DNA of 54,992 nt from an uncultured Nitrospinaceae bacterium (GCA_964195835.1 CAXMTB010000002.1:1-54992); one strand, 5' to 3'; shown: positions 45,503-53,446, counted from the stretch's first letter. Notes: generated by a model from the letters alone, not told the origin. Numbers and translations are program-made.

Positions 45503-46990
45503 TTAATTTTTAATTTCTCCCTTGCTGTGAAGATCGAGAAATACATCTACAATTTTTGGATCAAACTGACTGCCTGAATTTTCTCTTATAATCTCAACTG
45601 CAACATTATCCGACATCCCTTGTCTGTATGATCTATCAGTGATGAGCGCATCATAAACATCCGCCACAGAAAGAATTCGAGCAAGAAGAGGAATGTCTTC
45701 CCCTTTAAGGCTGTCAGGATATCCCTTTCCGTCAAATCTTTCATGATGGTGTCTTATGATATCCTGTTCATCTGTCCACATCCCCAGATGTCCGATAATA
45801 TTGCTTCCAATGACCGGATGTTTTTTGATAATTTCATATTCATCATCAGTCAGCTGACCCGGTTTTAACAGAATGCTGTCCGGAATACCGATCTTTCCGA
45901 TATCATGAAGATTACCTGAGATATCCAGTTTGGCGATTTCCTCCTGCGAAAAACCGCTTTTCCTGGCAATTGACATGGCATATCCTGACACACTTGCCGA
46001 ATGCTGTTTCGTATATGGATCTCTTGCCTCAATAGCTTCAACAAAGGCATAAAGGGTTGAAAAAAGATTTTCGTAAATATTTTCGTAAAGCGCCAGATTC
46101 TCTATAGAAAAAGATGCCTTCTCTATCAAGAAATTTAGATAATATATGTCTTTTTCACTAAAACATTTATCTTCATTGTTGATAATCGAAGTTAGCATTC
46201 CAAATACCCTGGACTTTATTTTAAGCGGAATGGCGATGATATTCCCGACTCCGTTTTGTCCCTTTATAAGATAAGGGATGCCATCACCACCAATTTTTTT
46301 AGCCATCTCTTTTTCTATATATACGGCATCATCTCTCTTTTTATTCTCATCTCTGAAAAAAGATGTGATGATTTCATAATCTTTCATTCCCGGGGTAAAA
46401 AAGCAGAAATGTGCTTCATCGCAAGGCGTAATTTTACCGGACAAATTGACCAACATTTTAAAAAGATCCTGGCTGTTTGATGCCTGATCCAGGTTCTGAA
46501 AAATAAGATTGATGTTCTTGACCTCTTTTATTTTTCCATACAGCTCCTTATTAATCTTAACAAGTTTCTTACTCTTTGCAGCCTCCTCCTTTAATAAGAT
46601 ATTTTCAACAAAGTTCGATCTTGAAGTCATTACTTTTGAAATCGTTGGAAGAATTTGCTCCATTTGAAATGGCTTTGTGATAAAATCCACGACACCGTTT
46701 TTTAAGGTCTCTATGGCAATATCCATGGAAGGATAACCGGTCATAACAACCACCGGAATGGTATTATCATACTGATAAATTTTTCGGGCAAGTTCCAAGC
46801 CGTCCAGTCTGGGCATGAAAAGGTCTGTAAAACAACAGTTGATAGGTTCTGTCTGGATTATTTCAAGGGCTTCATAACCGTCGCTGGCTGTAAAGAGCGT
46901 ATGATTTGTCTCAGACTCAAAATAGCTTTTGAAAATATCAAGAATACACTCTTCATCATCAACAACAAGTATTTTTAAAGTTTCTTTCAT
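45503..46990 (-). CDS. c-di-GMP phosphodiesterase, REC-GAF-HD-GYP (RpfG-type)
   Basis: 495 aa. Canonical receiver (VVDDEE, CFTDLFMPRLDG, VMTGYPS, DFITKPF), a GAF-like centre, and an HD-GYP domain (NLHDIGKIGIP, HHERFDGKGYP). Confidence 0.9.
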   Translation of the reverse strand: MKETLKILVVDDEECILDIFKSYFESETNHTLFTASDGYEALEIIQTEPINCCFTDLFMPRLDGLELARKIYQYDNTIPVVVMTGYPSMDIAIETLKNGVVDFITKPFQMEQILPTISKVMTSRSNFVENILLKEEAAKSKKLVKINKELYGKIKEVKNINLIFQNLDQASNSQDLFKMLVNLSGKITPCDEAHFCFFTPGMKDYEIITSFFRDENKKRDDAVYIEKEMAKKIGGDGIPYLIKGQNGVGNIIAIPLKIKSRVFGMLTSIINNEDKCFSEKDIYYLNFLIEKASFSIENLALYENIYENLFSTLYAFVEAIEARDPYTKQHSASVSGYAMSIARKSGFSQEEIAKLDISGNLHDIGKIGIPDSILLKPGQLTDDEYEIIKKHPVIGSNIIGHLGMWTDEQDIIRHHHERFDGKGYPDSLKGEDIPLLARILSVADVYDALITDRSYRQGMSDNVAVEIIRENSGSQFDPKIVDVFLDLHSKGEIKN

Positions 46991-47070
46991 TAATGGTTCT
47001 GCTCTTCTATTGGTAACAGGTTATAGCGATCAGAGTTCGGAATTTAGTTGTTCCCCGAAAGCTGTTATTG

Positions 47071-47739
47071 TTATTCTTCATTATTTATCGTTTCAAGGAG
47101 CTTATGTTTGAAAGTCTCAAATTCACTTTCGGTCAGGCTGCCGCTTTTTTTCAGTGAAGATAGGGCTTGTAACTTGTCGATAGTGTTGTTAGGAGAAGAA
47201 TTATCGTTGTATAGATGATGCAGACTTGGCATGTTTGAAGAGAAAAAATTAATGCTTGATATTTTTTTGTCCGCTTTTTTTTCCTTTTTCAAAAGCATCA
47301 ATTCATGGTAGGCATCCTTAATTTCCTTTAGTAATCCCCTGTTTTCTCTGAACAGTTTTATTTTGTCTATGGCATTATTTACCGAAATCCTTATCTCTTC
47401 AAGTTTACATGGCTTTCTGATGTAATCGTAAGCCCCCTCCTTTACGGCCATTATGGCGGTTTCTAATGATGCATAACCGGTAATAATAATAACAAGGACG
47501 TCGGGATTGGCTTTTTTAGCGTATTTTAATACATCCAAACCGCCGACTTTCGGCATCACCAGGTCAACAATTATCAGATCATATAAATTGTTCTGTATAT
47601 GATCGATGCCCTCCAGACCATCATGGCAAACATCTATAGATCTTCCCTTGTCAGAGATACAATCTTTGAGAACATCCGCAACAGCCTTTTCATCATCGAC
47701 AATAAGGATATTGATTTGCTGATCGATCACATTCGGCAT
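47071..47739 (-). CDS. response regulator with coiled coil and SHOCT-like C-terminal tail
   Basis: 222 aa. Canonical receiver (IVDDEK, LIIVDLVMPKVGG, IITGYAS, DYIRKP). C-terminal LSSLKKSGSLTESEFETFKHKLLE resembles a SHOCT motif (from memory). Confidence 0.8.
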   Translation of the reverse strand: MPNVIDQQINILIVDDEKAVADVLKDCISDKGRSIDVCHDGLEGIDHIQNNLYDLIIVDLVMPKVGGLDVLKYAKKANPDVLVIIITGYASLETAIMAVKEGAYDYIRKPCKLEEIRISVNNAIDKIKLFRENRGLLKEIKDAYHELMLLKKEKKADKKISSINFFSSNMPSLHHLYNDNSSPNNTIDKLQALSSLKKSGSLTESEFETFKHKLLETINNEE

Positions 47740-47770
47740 TTATCAGGCAGTAACTCCCATGAGAAAATTT

Positions 47771-48121
47771 TTAGCCCTTTTGATCAAATATCATTCCAAC
47801 CATCTCGTCCATTTTGGCAGCAAGATCTAATATCTCGTGAGATGGAATCTCTCTTACAACCTTTCCGGTAGATTCATCAACTACAGTTACCATCACTTTC
47901 CCGGAAGCCTTGTGAACTGAAAATTGCAGATTTACATTATGCATAATATTAAGATTTTTCATCACATCTGATGCCAGTTCTTCCAGGTCAGGTAAATCCA
48001 GGCTTTTAACAGGCTGTTGAACTTCTTTATCTTTCTGGTCTGTGGCCTGCTCTGCAGGAAGCCTTGCCTGAACAGCTGGAGCTTGGCTCTTTACTGATGC
48101 TGTAATAGGTTCAACTCTCAT
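47771..48121 (-). CDS. flaG: flagellar protein FlaG
   Basis: C-terminus LQFSVHKASGKVMVTVVDESTGKVVREIPSHEILDLAAKM fits the FlaG family. The track start at 48133 is GTG. The ATG at 48121 has AAAGGGGGG 9 nt upstream. Confidence 0.8.
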   Translation of the reverse strand: MRVEPITASVKSQAPAVQARLPAEQATDQKDKEVQQPVKSLDLPDLEELASDVMKNLNIMHNVNLQFSVHKASGKVMVTVVDESTGKVVREIPSHEILDLAAKMDEMVGMIFDQKG

Positions 48122-48182
48122 AATAATCCACACCCCCCTTTATTTTCTTGTCCTACAATTTTAATGAAAACTTTATAAAAAA

Positions 48183-48515
48183 TCATATCACTGCCATTAC
48201 GGGAAGCCTGTTTCCGGCATAAGCGGCAGAGACCCTTTTTTTTCTTTCAAACAGCACGAGTTGCCGGCCCAGTTCGTCCCGCTGGTTGCCGATTTCCGCC
48301 ACAACCTCATGAACCTGGTCACGCGTTTCTTTTATCCGCTCGAGCAGTCCGGCATCCTGGCTTATGCCCGTTCGCTTGAGCGAATCCATCACATCCCTGT
48401 GTTCCTCGGCCAAACCTATGATCCCCCGGGCATCGTTTTCCCCAAGCGCGGAATTGATCCTGGCGGTAATATCCGCAAGACTTCTGTACAGAGTTTCATG
48501 TGTCTCAGATTGCAA
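48183..48515 (-). CDS. hypothetical helical protein in the FliT position
   Basis: 110 aa. TTG start with a strong GAGGAG 6 nt upstream, overlapping the fliS 3' end. Located between fliS and flaG. No motif recognised. Confidence 0.55.
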   Translation of the reverse strand: MQSETHETLYRSLADITARINSALGENDARGIIGLAEEHRDVMDSLKRTGISQDAGLLERIKETRDQVHEVVAEIGNQRDELGRQLVLFERKKRVSAAYAGNRLPVMAVI

Positions 48516-48945
48516 TACTCACTCCTCTCATCATTTCCGGCTGATTGTTTTCGGCATGAACAGACCCGCCGGCCATCTGGGCGGCCGCCTCCTTGAAACC
48601 TTCATACAATTTGCCCAGAAGCTGTTCCACCTCCTCCAGTGCTTCAGGATCATTTCTGATATTTGCGGTGGTCAGTCGATTCATCATATAGCGATACAGA
48701 GCCGCCATTTTATCTGCCAGATCCCCGCCATTTTCCCTGTCAAGCGCACAGTCAAACTCCGTCAGGATCGCCAAAACCTTTGAGATCTTCTCGCCCTTTA
48801 GTTTGGGATTTTTTTCTCTGATCCCTCTATGTGCGATTTTCAGAGAAATGAGGGCGCCTTCATAGAGCATCAAGAGAATCTCTTCTTTGCTTTCGGTCGA
48901 ATTGGCCATTACGTTTCTGTAGCCGGCGTATCCTGTAGCGATCAT
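48505..48945 (-). CDS. fliS: flagellin chaperone FliS
   Basis: 146 aa. LLMLYEGALISLKIA and KISKVLAILTEFDCALDRENGGDLADKMAALYRYMMNRLTTANI are typical of FliS. Confidence 0.9.
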   Translation of the reverse strand: MIATGYAGYRNVMANSTESKEEILLMLYEGALISLKIAHRGIREKNPKLKGEKISKVLAILTEFDCALDRENGGDLADKMAALYRYMMNRLTTANIRNDPEALEEVEQLLGKLYEGFKEAAAQMAGGSVHAENNQPEMMRGVSIAI

Positions 48946-49009
48946 AAAATTAGCTCCTATCTGTCATGTTCGTAAACCGGGATTTTGTATTCCCCGTTCG
49001 CAGTTACCT

Positions 49010-50425
49010 TTATTTTGATATGTAGTTATTCAGATTCTGCATGCCCAGGATCTGTTGACTCAAATAATTCCCGGTGGTCTGATATTCGGCAAGGAGTAAT
49101 TCCAATGCATTGAATTGTGCCCTGGTGCGTGCTTCCCATGCCGAATTACGCATCTCTATACGTTCAACCTGGTCCTCAATACCGTCTATGCTGTTTTGGA
49201 TGCCATGCGTCCTCGCGGCAAGGGTTCCGTCTGTGTATTTGAGTATGGCATCCAGGGTATCCTTCATGCGCACGGCAAACCCTTCAGATCCCTCCGTGGA
49301 CTGGGTAAAAAACTGGAGCACATCGTCAAAATAATCATCGAGTGCACTATTAAGGATTGAAGAATCGACTTCAAGCCGCCCTTCCGTATTCAAGGTAATG
49401 CCAAGATCCGCCAACCGACTGAATGATTCAACCCCTGAAACCGTACCTGTGACCATGGTGTTGAGACGGTTGCGCATACCCTTTGTGGCGGCATCGCCCA
49501 TCAGAACGCCAGCGGTCTCGGTAGCCGAGTCATAGCTCTGATATTCCTCAAACACGTCAATCGCCTCATTGTAGGCATCCACAAAAGCAGTGATTTTGGC
49601 AACGAATGCGTCCAGGTCTTTGCTTACCGTTAACGTCGTCTGGTTGTCAGGAGCGGCAGGTGCGGATTCAAGTGTAATGGTTACGCCTTCAATCACGTCA
49701 GTTATGACGTTGGTATCCCTTTGAATATTAGCAACACCATCGATAGTGATGATTGAGTCAGCGGCAGACTGGGTATTCAACAACTGGTTGCTCGCATCTC
49801 CGTCTTCATAGAACAACCGGGAAAGACCAAGGTTGTCCTTGTCTGCCTCGTCCACGTCGTCTACTATCAGGCTGATTTTGTTTGCCGCTCCAGTATCCTG
49901 TCCGGAGATAGTCAAGAAATAACTCATGCCGTCAAAGATCACCCCTGCCCGGACCCCGGCCTCCGCATCATTTATGGCCTGGGCCACATCCATGATGGTG
50001 TCGGTGGCAGACACAGCAATATCCGTGGTACTGCCATTCCCCACCTTGAGATGGAGGGTCCCTTCACCCACGTAGTCTCCCACGTTAAAAGCCCCACTCG
50101 TAAGTTTGTGTACCTTGGCTAATTGCTGTACCGTGATGTCATACGAACCAGAAGTGGCATTTTCGTCGGCAGATACGCTAAAAAGGTCGGTATCTCCTGA
50201 AACAGCAGAAAAACGGGTGAGGTTGCTCACGGAATCCAGGTCTTCCACAGCGGATTGGAGGCTGCCCAAGATGCCCTTCAGGCTCCCATAGGCCGACAAT
50301 TCCACCTGATAAGCGGCCTCCTGCTGTTGAAGCTTGAGTATGGGTTTCTGCTGCAACTCCATAAGCTGCTCAATGATACTGTTGGTATCAAGACCTGATA
50401 TGAGACCTCCGACTGAAATGGACAT
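49010..50425 (-). CDS. fliD: filament cap protein FliD
   Basis: About 471 aa. N-terminus SISVGGLISGLDTNSIIEQLMELQQKPILKLQ and a C-terminal FliD_C helix. The track start at 50431 is GTG. The ATG at 50425 has AAGGGAG 5 nt upstream. Confidence 0.93.
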   Translation of the reverse strand: MSISVGGLISGLDTNSIIEQLMELQQKPILKLQQQEAAYQVELSAYGSLKGILGSLQSAVEDLDSVSNLTRFSAVSGDTDLFSVSADENATSGSYDITVQQLAKVHKLTSGAFNVGDYVGEGTLHLKVGNGSTTDIAVSATDTIMDVAQAINDAEAGVRAGVIFDGMSYFLTISGQDTGAANKISLIVDDVDEADKDNLGLSRLFYEDGDASNQLLNTQSAADSIITIDGVANIQRDTNVITDVIEGVTITLESAPAAPDNQTTLTVSKDLDAFVAKITAFVDAYNEAIDVFEEYQSYDSATETAGVLMGDAATKGMRNRLNTMVTGTVSGVESFSRLADLGITLNTEGRLEVDSSILNSALDDYFDDVLQFFTQSTEGSEGFAVRMKDTLDAILKYTDGTLAARTHGIQNSIDGIEDQVERIEMRNSAWEARTRAQFNALELLLAEYQTTGNYLSQQILGMQNLNNYISK

Positions 50426-50516
50426 GGTCACTCCCTTCTTATTTCCAGGGGTTTCGCTCCAATCAACCCCTTATCCTTTTGTCAAATTGCGGCCTTCGCC
50501 ATTTTCCTTAGTATAA

Positions 50517-50543
50517 CTATCGTCATCTCACCAAAAAACTTGA
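50517..50543 (-). promoter_or_regulatory. sigma28-like promoter for fliD-fliS-orf-flaG
   Basis: The minus strand reads TCAAGTTT-N11-GACGATAG (consensus TAAAGTTT-N11-GCCGATAA). Confidence 0.5.
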
Positions 50544-50573
50544 GCTTTTTACACAAATTTGTTGCCCGTAATC

Positions 50574-50613
50574 ATAAAAAAACCCCGCTTCCATTTTAAG
50601 AAAACGGGGTTTT
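50574..50613. terminator. rho-independent terminator after fliC (bidirectional shape)
   Basis: Stem AAAACCCCG / CGGGGTTTT with a 17-nt loop. An A-run lies on one side and a T-run on the other. On the minus strand the hairpin is followed by UUUUUUU. Located about 40 nt after the fliC stop. Confidence 0.6.
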
Positions 50614-50649
50614 GGTTTAAGGGTTTTTGTTTGCTTTCAGCCTTCTCAA

Positions 50650-52167
50650 TTACTGAAGCAGGGCAAGCACTGTCTGCGGCAGCATATTGGCCTGGGCCAG
50701 CATGGCAACTCCTGCCTGCTGCATGACCTGAGCTTTGGTCAAATCAGCTGTTTCGGCTGCGAAGTCCGCATCCATGATACGGGCACGAGCGGCGGACACG
50801 TTTTCGGAGACGCTCTGCAGGTTGGCGATGGTGGATTCGAAACGATTCTGAACCGCACCAAGATCAGCACGAGTGCTGGAAATAAAGGCTAAAGCTTCAT
50901 CGATCACATTAATAGCCGCATTTGAACCGGCCTGTGTTGCGACAGTCATATCGGCCACACTGGACAAAGAAGCAGAAACGTCAGCAGCTGCAAAATCTGT
51001 TAAAGTACCACTAACGGTAAAGGACTTTGAGGAGCTCATTGATACCTGACCACCAATATTAACTTCATCCAAGTTGCCGGGAGTGGTATCATTCTGCAGA
51101 TTGGCGCTGACTGCAAATGTTGCCGCAGTTGCTCCAACATCAAGCACAAAGGCGTCATTGGTACCATTAGATACGTTACCAATGATGATGTTGTGACCAT
51201 CTGAGTTCGTTAATGTGAGTGAACCGGCAGCCGTATTCAGCGAAGCGACAACACCGGTACTGGAGCTCTCGGCGTTGATCGCATCACGCAGTCCGGAATA
51301 ATCTGTTGTTGACGTTAATGTATGCGAAATATTTACGACGCTGCCCTGGGCCGCACCTGCGCCGTTTTCTGTTGAAAGATCAAAAGAAACTGTATGTCCC
51401 ATAGCCACGCCGGCTCCATACATTATATCAGCCGTTGTATTTGCCGTTGCTGTCACGCCGGTATCACCTGTAACACCATTGATTCCCGCCGCAATTTCAG
51501 ATGCAGTTGCACTATCGGCATAAGTAACATCGGTCGAGCCTAAAGTACCGGATACCGTAACGGTGTCACCTGCTACCTGATTGACAACGTCTTCAACGCC
51601 TTCGACCAATTCACCAGCTACAGCACCAATATTTTGAATACTGGTTGCCGTATAAGCACCCATCGCTGTGGCAGATGCATTTCCGACAGTTATTGAGATA
51701 CTTTCATTGGCAAATGCGCCAACATGGAATTTCGCGGCCGTAAAAGTTCCATCAAGAATTTTTTGACCGTTGAACGAAGTCTGTGAAGCGATTCGGGTCA
51801 ACTCATCCTTCAGCTGAACAACCTCTTTCTGGAGGTTCGCGCGATCTGAGGCGGTATTCGTGTCATTGGCTGATTGAATAGCCAGCTCACGCATTCTCTG
51901 GAGAATGTTGCCTGATTCCTGCATGGCACCCTCAGCCGTCTGGGCCAGCGAGATGCCGTCGTTGGCATTTCTTACCGCCTGATTCAGACCGCGAATCTGC
52001 GAGGTCATCCTGTCAGAGATCGCAAGCCCGGCCGCGTCGTCCTTGGCGCTGTTGATGCGCAAACCGGATGACAGTCGCTGCAGGGATTTGTTTAACATGC
52101 CCTGTGTTTTTCCCAGGTTTCTCTGGGCGTTTAAAGATGCGATATTGGTGTTAATTGTCATTGCCAT
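50650..52167 (-). CDS. fliC: flagellin
   Basis: 505 aa. N-terminus [54 protein letters not shown] and C-terminus [45 protein letters not shown]. Thr/Ser/Gly/Ala-rich variable centre. AAGGAGG RBS. Confidence 0.97.
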   Translation of the reverse strand: MAMTINTNIASLNAQRNLGKTQGMLNKSLQRLSSGLRINSAKDDAAGLAISDRMTSQIRGLNQAVRNANDGISLAQTAEGAMQESGNILQRMRELAIQSANDTNTASDRANLQKEVVQLKDELTRIASQTSFNGQKILDGTFTAAKFHVGAFANESISITVGNASATAMGAYTATSIQNIGAVAGELVEGVEDVVNQVAGDTVTVSGTLGSTDVTYADSATASEIAAGINGVTGDTGVTATANTTADIMYGAGVAMGHTVSFDLSTENGAGAAQGSVVNISHTLTSTTDYSGLRDAINAESSSTGVVASLNTAAGSLTLTNSDGHNIIIGNVSNGTNDAFVLDVGATAATFAVSANLQNDTTPGNLDEVNIGGQVSMSSSKSFTVSGTLTDFAAADVSASLSSVADMTVATQAGSNAAINVIDEALAFISSTRADLGAVQNRFESTIANLQSVSENVSAARARIMDADFAAETADLTKAQVMQQAGVAMLAQANMLPQTVLALLQ

Positions 52168-52174
52168 GGTTTAT

Positions 52175-52182
52175 TCCTCCTT
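52175..52182 (-). promoter_or_regulatory. AAGGAGGA (fliC Shine-Dalgarno; candidate CsrA site 2)
   Basis: Exact 8-mer AAGGAGGA, 8 nt before the fliC ATG. The same 8-mer recurs at 52366-52373. Confidence 0.4.
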
Positions 52183-52253
52183 GAATTTTGGTCATTAGTC
52201 ACTGATCACTTGCCTGCCCCGTGAAATCCAATTTTATTTCACCAGGGTCATTT

Positions 52254-52288
52254 GTTACTGACTACTGATCTCTGACATCTGACATCTG
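52254..52288 (-). repeat. heptamer tandem repeat in the fliC leader
   Basis: The mRNA sense reads CAGATGT CAGATGT CAGAGAT CAGTAGT CAGTAAC, five consecutive CAGnnnn units. Confidence 0.7.
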
Positions 52289-52365
52289 TTTTTTGCCGGC
52301 TTCCCTGCCGGCAGGTTGTTTAATTAAATGCATTACCAGTCTGAGTACTTACATCAATCTGGGCG

Positions 52366-52373
52366 TCCTCCTT
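52366..52373 (-). promoter_or_regulatory. upstream AAGGAGGA decoy (candidate CsrA site 1)
   Basis: Exact copy of the fliC Shine-Dalgarno 8-mer, about 190 nt upstream of the ATG within the predicted leader. Confidence 0.35.
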
Positions 52374-52429
52374 ATTTTCACCTCTTTTTTGTGCCCGTGT
52401 TTTCGTGTTCGTGTTTCCGTTGCTTGTTA

Positions 52430-52456
52430 TTATCGATCCTTACCCTCCAAAGCTTA
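52430..52456 (-). promoter_or_regulatory. sigma28 promoter P1 (proximal) of fliC
   Basis: The minus strand reads TAAG-N15-ATCGATAA (TTAAGCTTTGGAGGGTAAGGATCGATAA). Confidence 0.55.
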
Positions 52457-52580
52457 AGTAATTTTTTCGAAAAGCCTGCAACAGGTAGTTCTTCTGATAA
52501 AAACTAACATAGGACCATCTCCAAAAAAATAGGTGGGGCAAGGATTCAAGGGGTCGCTGTATTTTTTCCATTACTTCATT

Positions 52581-52607
52581 TTATCGGAACTTATATTTCT
52601 AAACTTA
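52581..52607 (-). promoter_or_regulatory. sigma28 promoter P2 (distal) of fliC
   Basis: The minus strand reads TAAG-N15-TCCGATAA (TTAAGTTTAGAAATATAAGTTCCGATAA). Confidence 0.55.
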
Positions 52608-52797
52608 AATAAATTTTTCGAAACGCATACAGCGGTTTATTCTTCTAACAAAAACTAACATAGGATCATCTCCAAAAAAATATTGGGCGGGACAGGATTC
52701 AAGGAGTCAGGGCACCTTTTCCCACAGGGACATTGTCATTAGAAAAGCAGCTCAAAAGACAGACCATACCGTCCGGGCCGTTTAATCTCCAATCCAT

Positions 52798-52824
52798 TAA
52801 ATATTTGATGATATATGCCGATAA
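52798..52824 (+). promoter_or_regulatory. sigma28 promoter (distal) upstream of the flgM operon
   Basis: Perfect consensus TAAA-N15-GCCGATAA on the plus strand. Confidence 0.7.
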
Positions 52825-52984
52825 TGTTAAAAGGACGATAGGACGACGGTTATCACGTATTTTAGTGGGGAATAAAAATGATACCGTTAAAAGAAGTCTA
52901 TCTATAAGGACAAAAATAACACATTAAGCTCACAGTTGAAGCATTTGCCGGTTCGTTTTTTTTGATAAAAATTCATTTTTTTTC

Positions 52985-53012
52985 TAAAGTTTTATTCAAA
53001 AGCTTCCGATAA
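52985..53012 (+). promoter_or_regulatory. sigma28 promoter (proximal) of the flgM operon
   Basis: TAAAGTTT...TCCGATAA (TAAA-N16-TCCGATAA). The -10 element ends 24 nt before the ATG at 53036. Confidence 0.65.
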
Positions 53013-53035
53013 GAAAAATGAGGTGGCGAATCGTG

Positions 53036-53446
53036 ATGATAACAGCTTATCAAGTCAATAATGTTCTGCGCGTTTACGGTGATCAACTTCGCCAGGGCAG
53101 AGTTTCCATCAGGCCGAAAAATACGGATGCCGGTCTACCGGACAGGATCAGTATCTCTACAAAGGCCCGGCGGAAAACAATTATTGATAACATTACCGAA
53201 AATATTGTAAATAAGATTACACAATACGGGCCTTACGATAAGGTCGAGAAAGAGGTGTTTGAAAAACTTGAAAATGAATATGGAGGACAGTTGGCCATTA
53301 CCGGAGATAATCCCAATGGGCTGATATTCAAAGAAATTGATGAAAATGGTGAAACCACAAATTCACTTTCCATCGAAGATTCAAATTTTTTAACCAATAA
53401 ATTAAAAGAAATCACCGAAGAAACCATAGATAAAAATATGAAGTAG
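53036..53446 (+). CDS. FlgM-associated hypothetical protein
   Basis: About 136 aa immediately upstream of flgM. I moved the start to the ATG at 53036, because GAGGTGG lies about 10 nt upstream and the proximal promoter would exclude the track start at 53018. I recall a Desulfovibrio DVU0524-type FlgM-associated family, but this is unverified. Confidence 0.6.
   Translation: MITAYQVNNVLRVYGDQLRQGRVSIRPKNTDAGLPDRISISTKARRKTIIDNITENIVNKITQYGPYDKVEKEVFEKLENEYGGQLAITGDNPNGLIFKEIDENGETTNSLSIEDSNFLTNKLKEITEETIDKNMK

Larger units (their letters stand above)
52430..52730. repeat. tandem direct duplication (period 151 bp) of the flagellin promoter region
   Basis: Units start at 52430 and 52581. They align without gaps over about 140 bp. 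The most conserved core is AAAAACTAACATAGGA(C/T)CATCTCCAAAAAAATA. Confidence 0.8.

Noticed and set aside
52294-52313. GC-rich hairpin TGCCGGC-TTCCCT-GCCGGCA as a transcription terminator
   Set aside because: On the fliC (minus) sense strand it is followed by an A-run, not a U-run. On the plus strand no gene reads into it. It is treated as a leader structure instead.
52454-52661. 18-codon mini-ORFs preserved in both units of the duplicated flagellin upstream region (52454-52510 MLVFIRRTTCCRLFEKIT; 52605-52661 MLVFVRRINRCMRFEKFI), each with GGAG 8 nt upstream
   Set aside because: The two copies differ mostly by non-synonymous changes, so there is no sign of purifying selection on a peptide. 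The shared frame simply reflects a gap-free duplication, and the stop codon is the TAA of the sigma28 -35 element. Kept only as a note.
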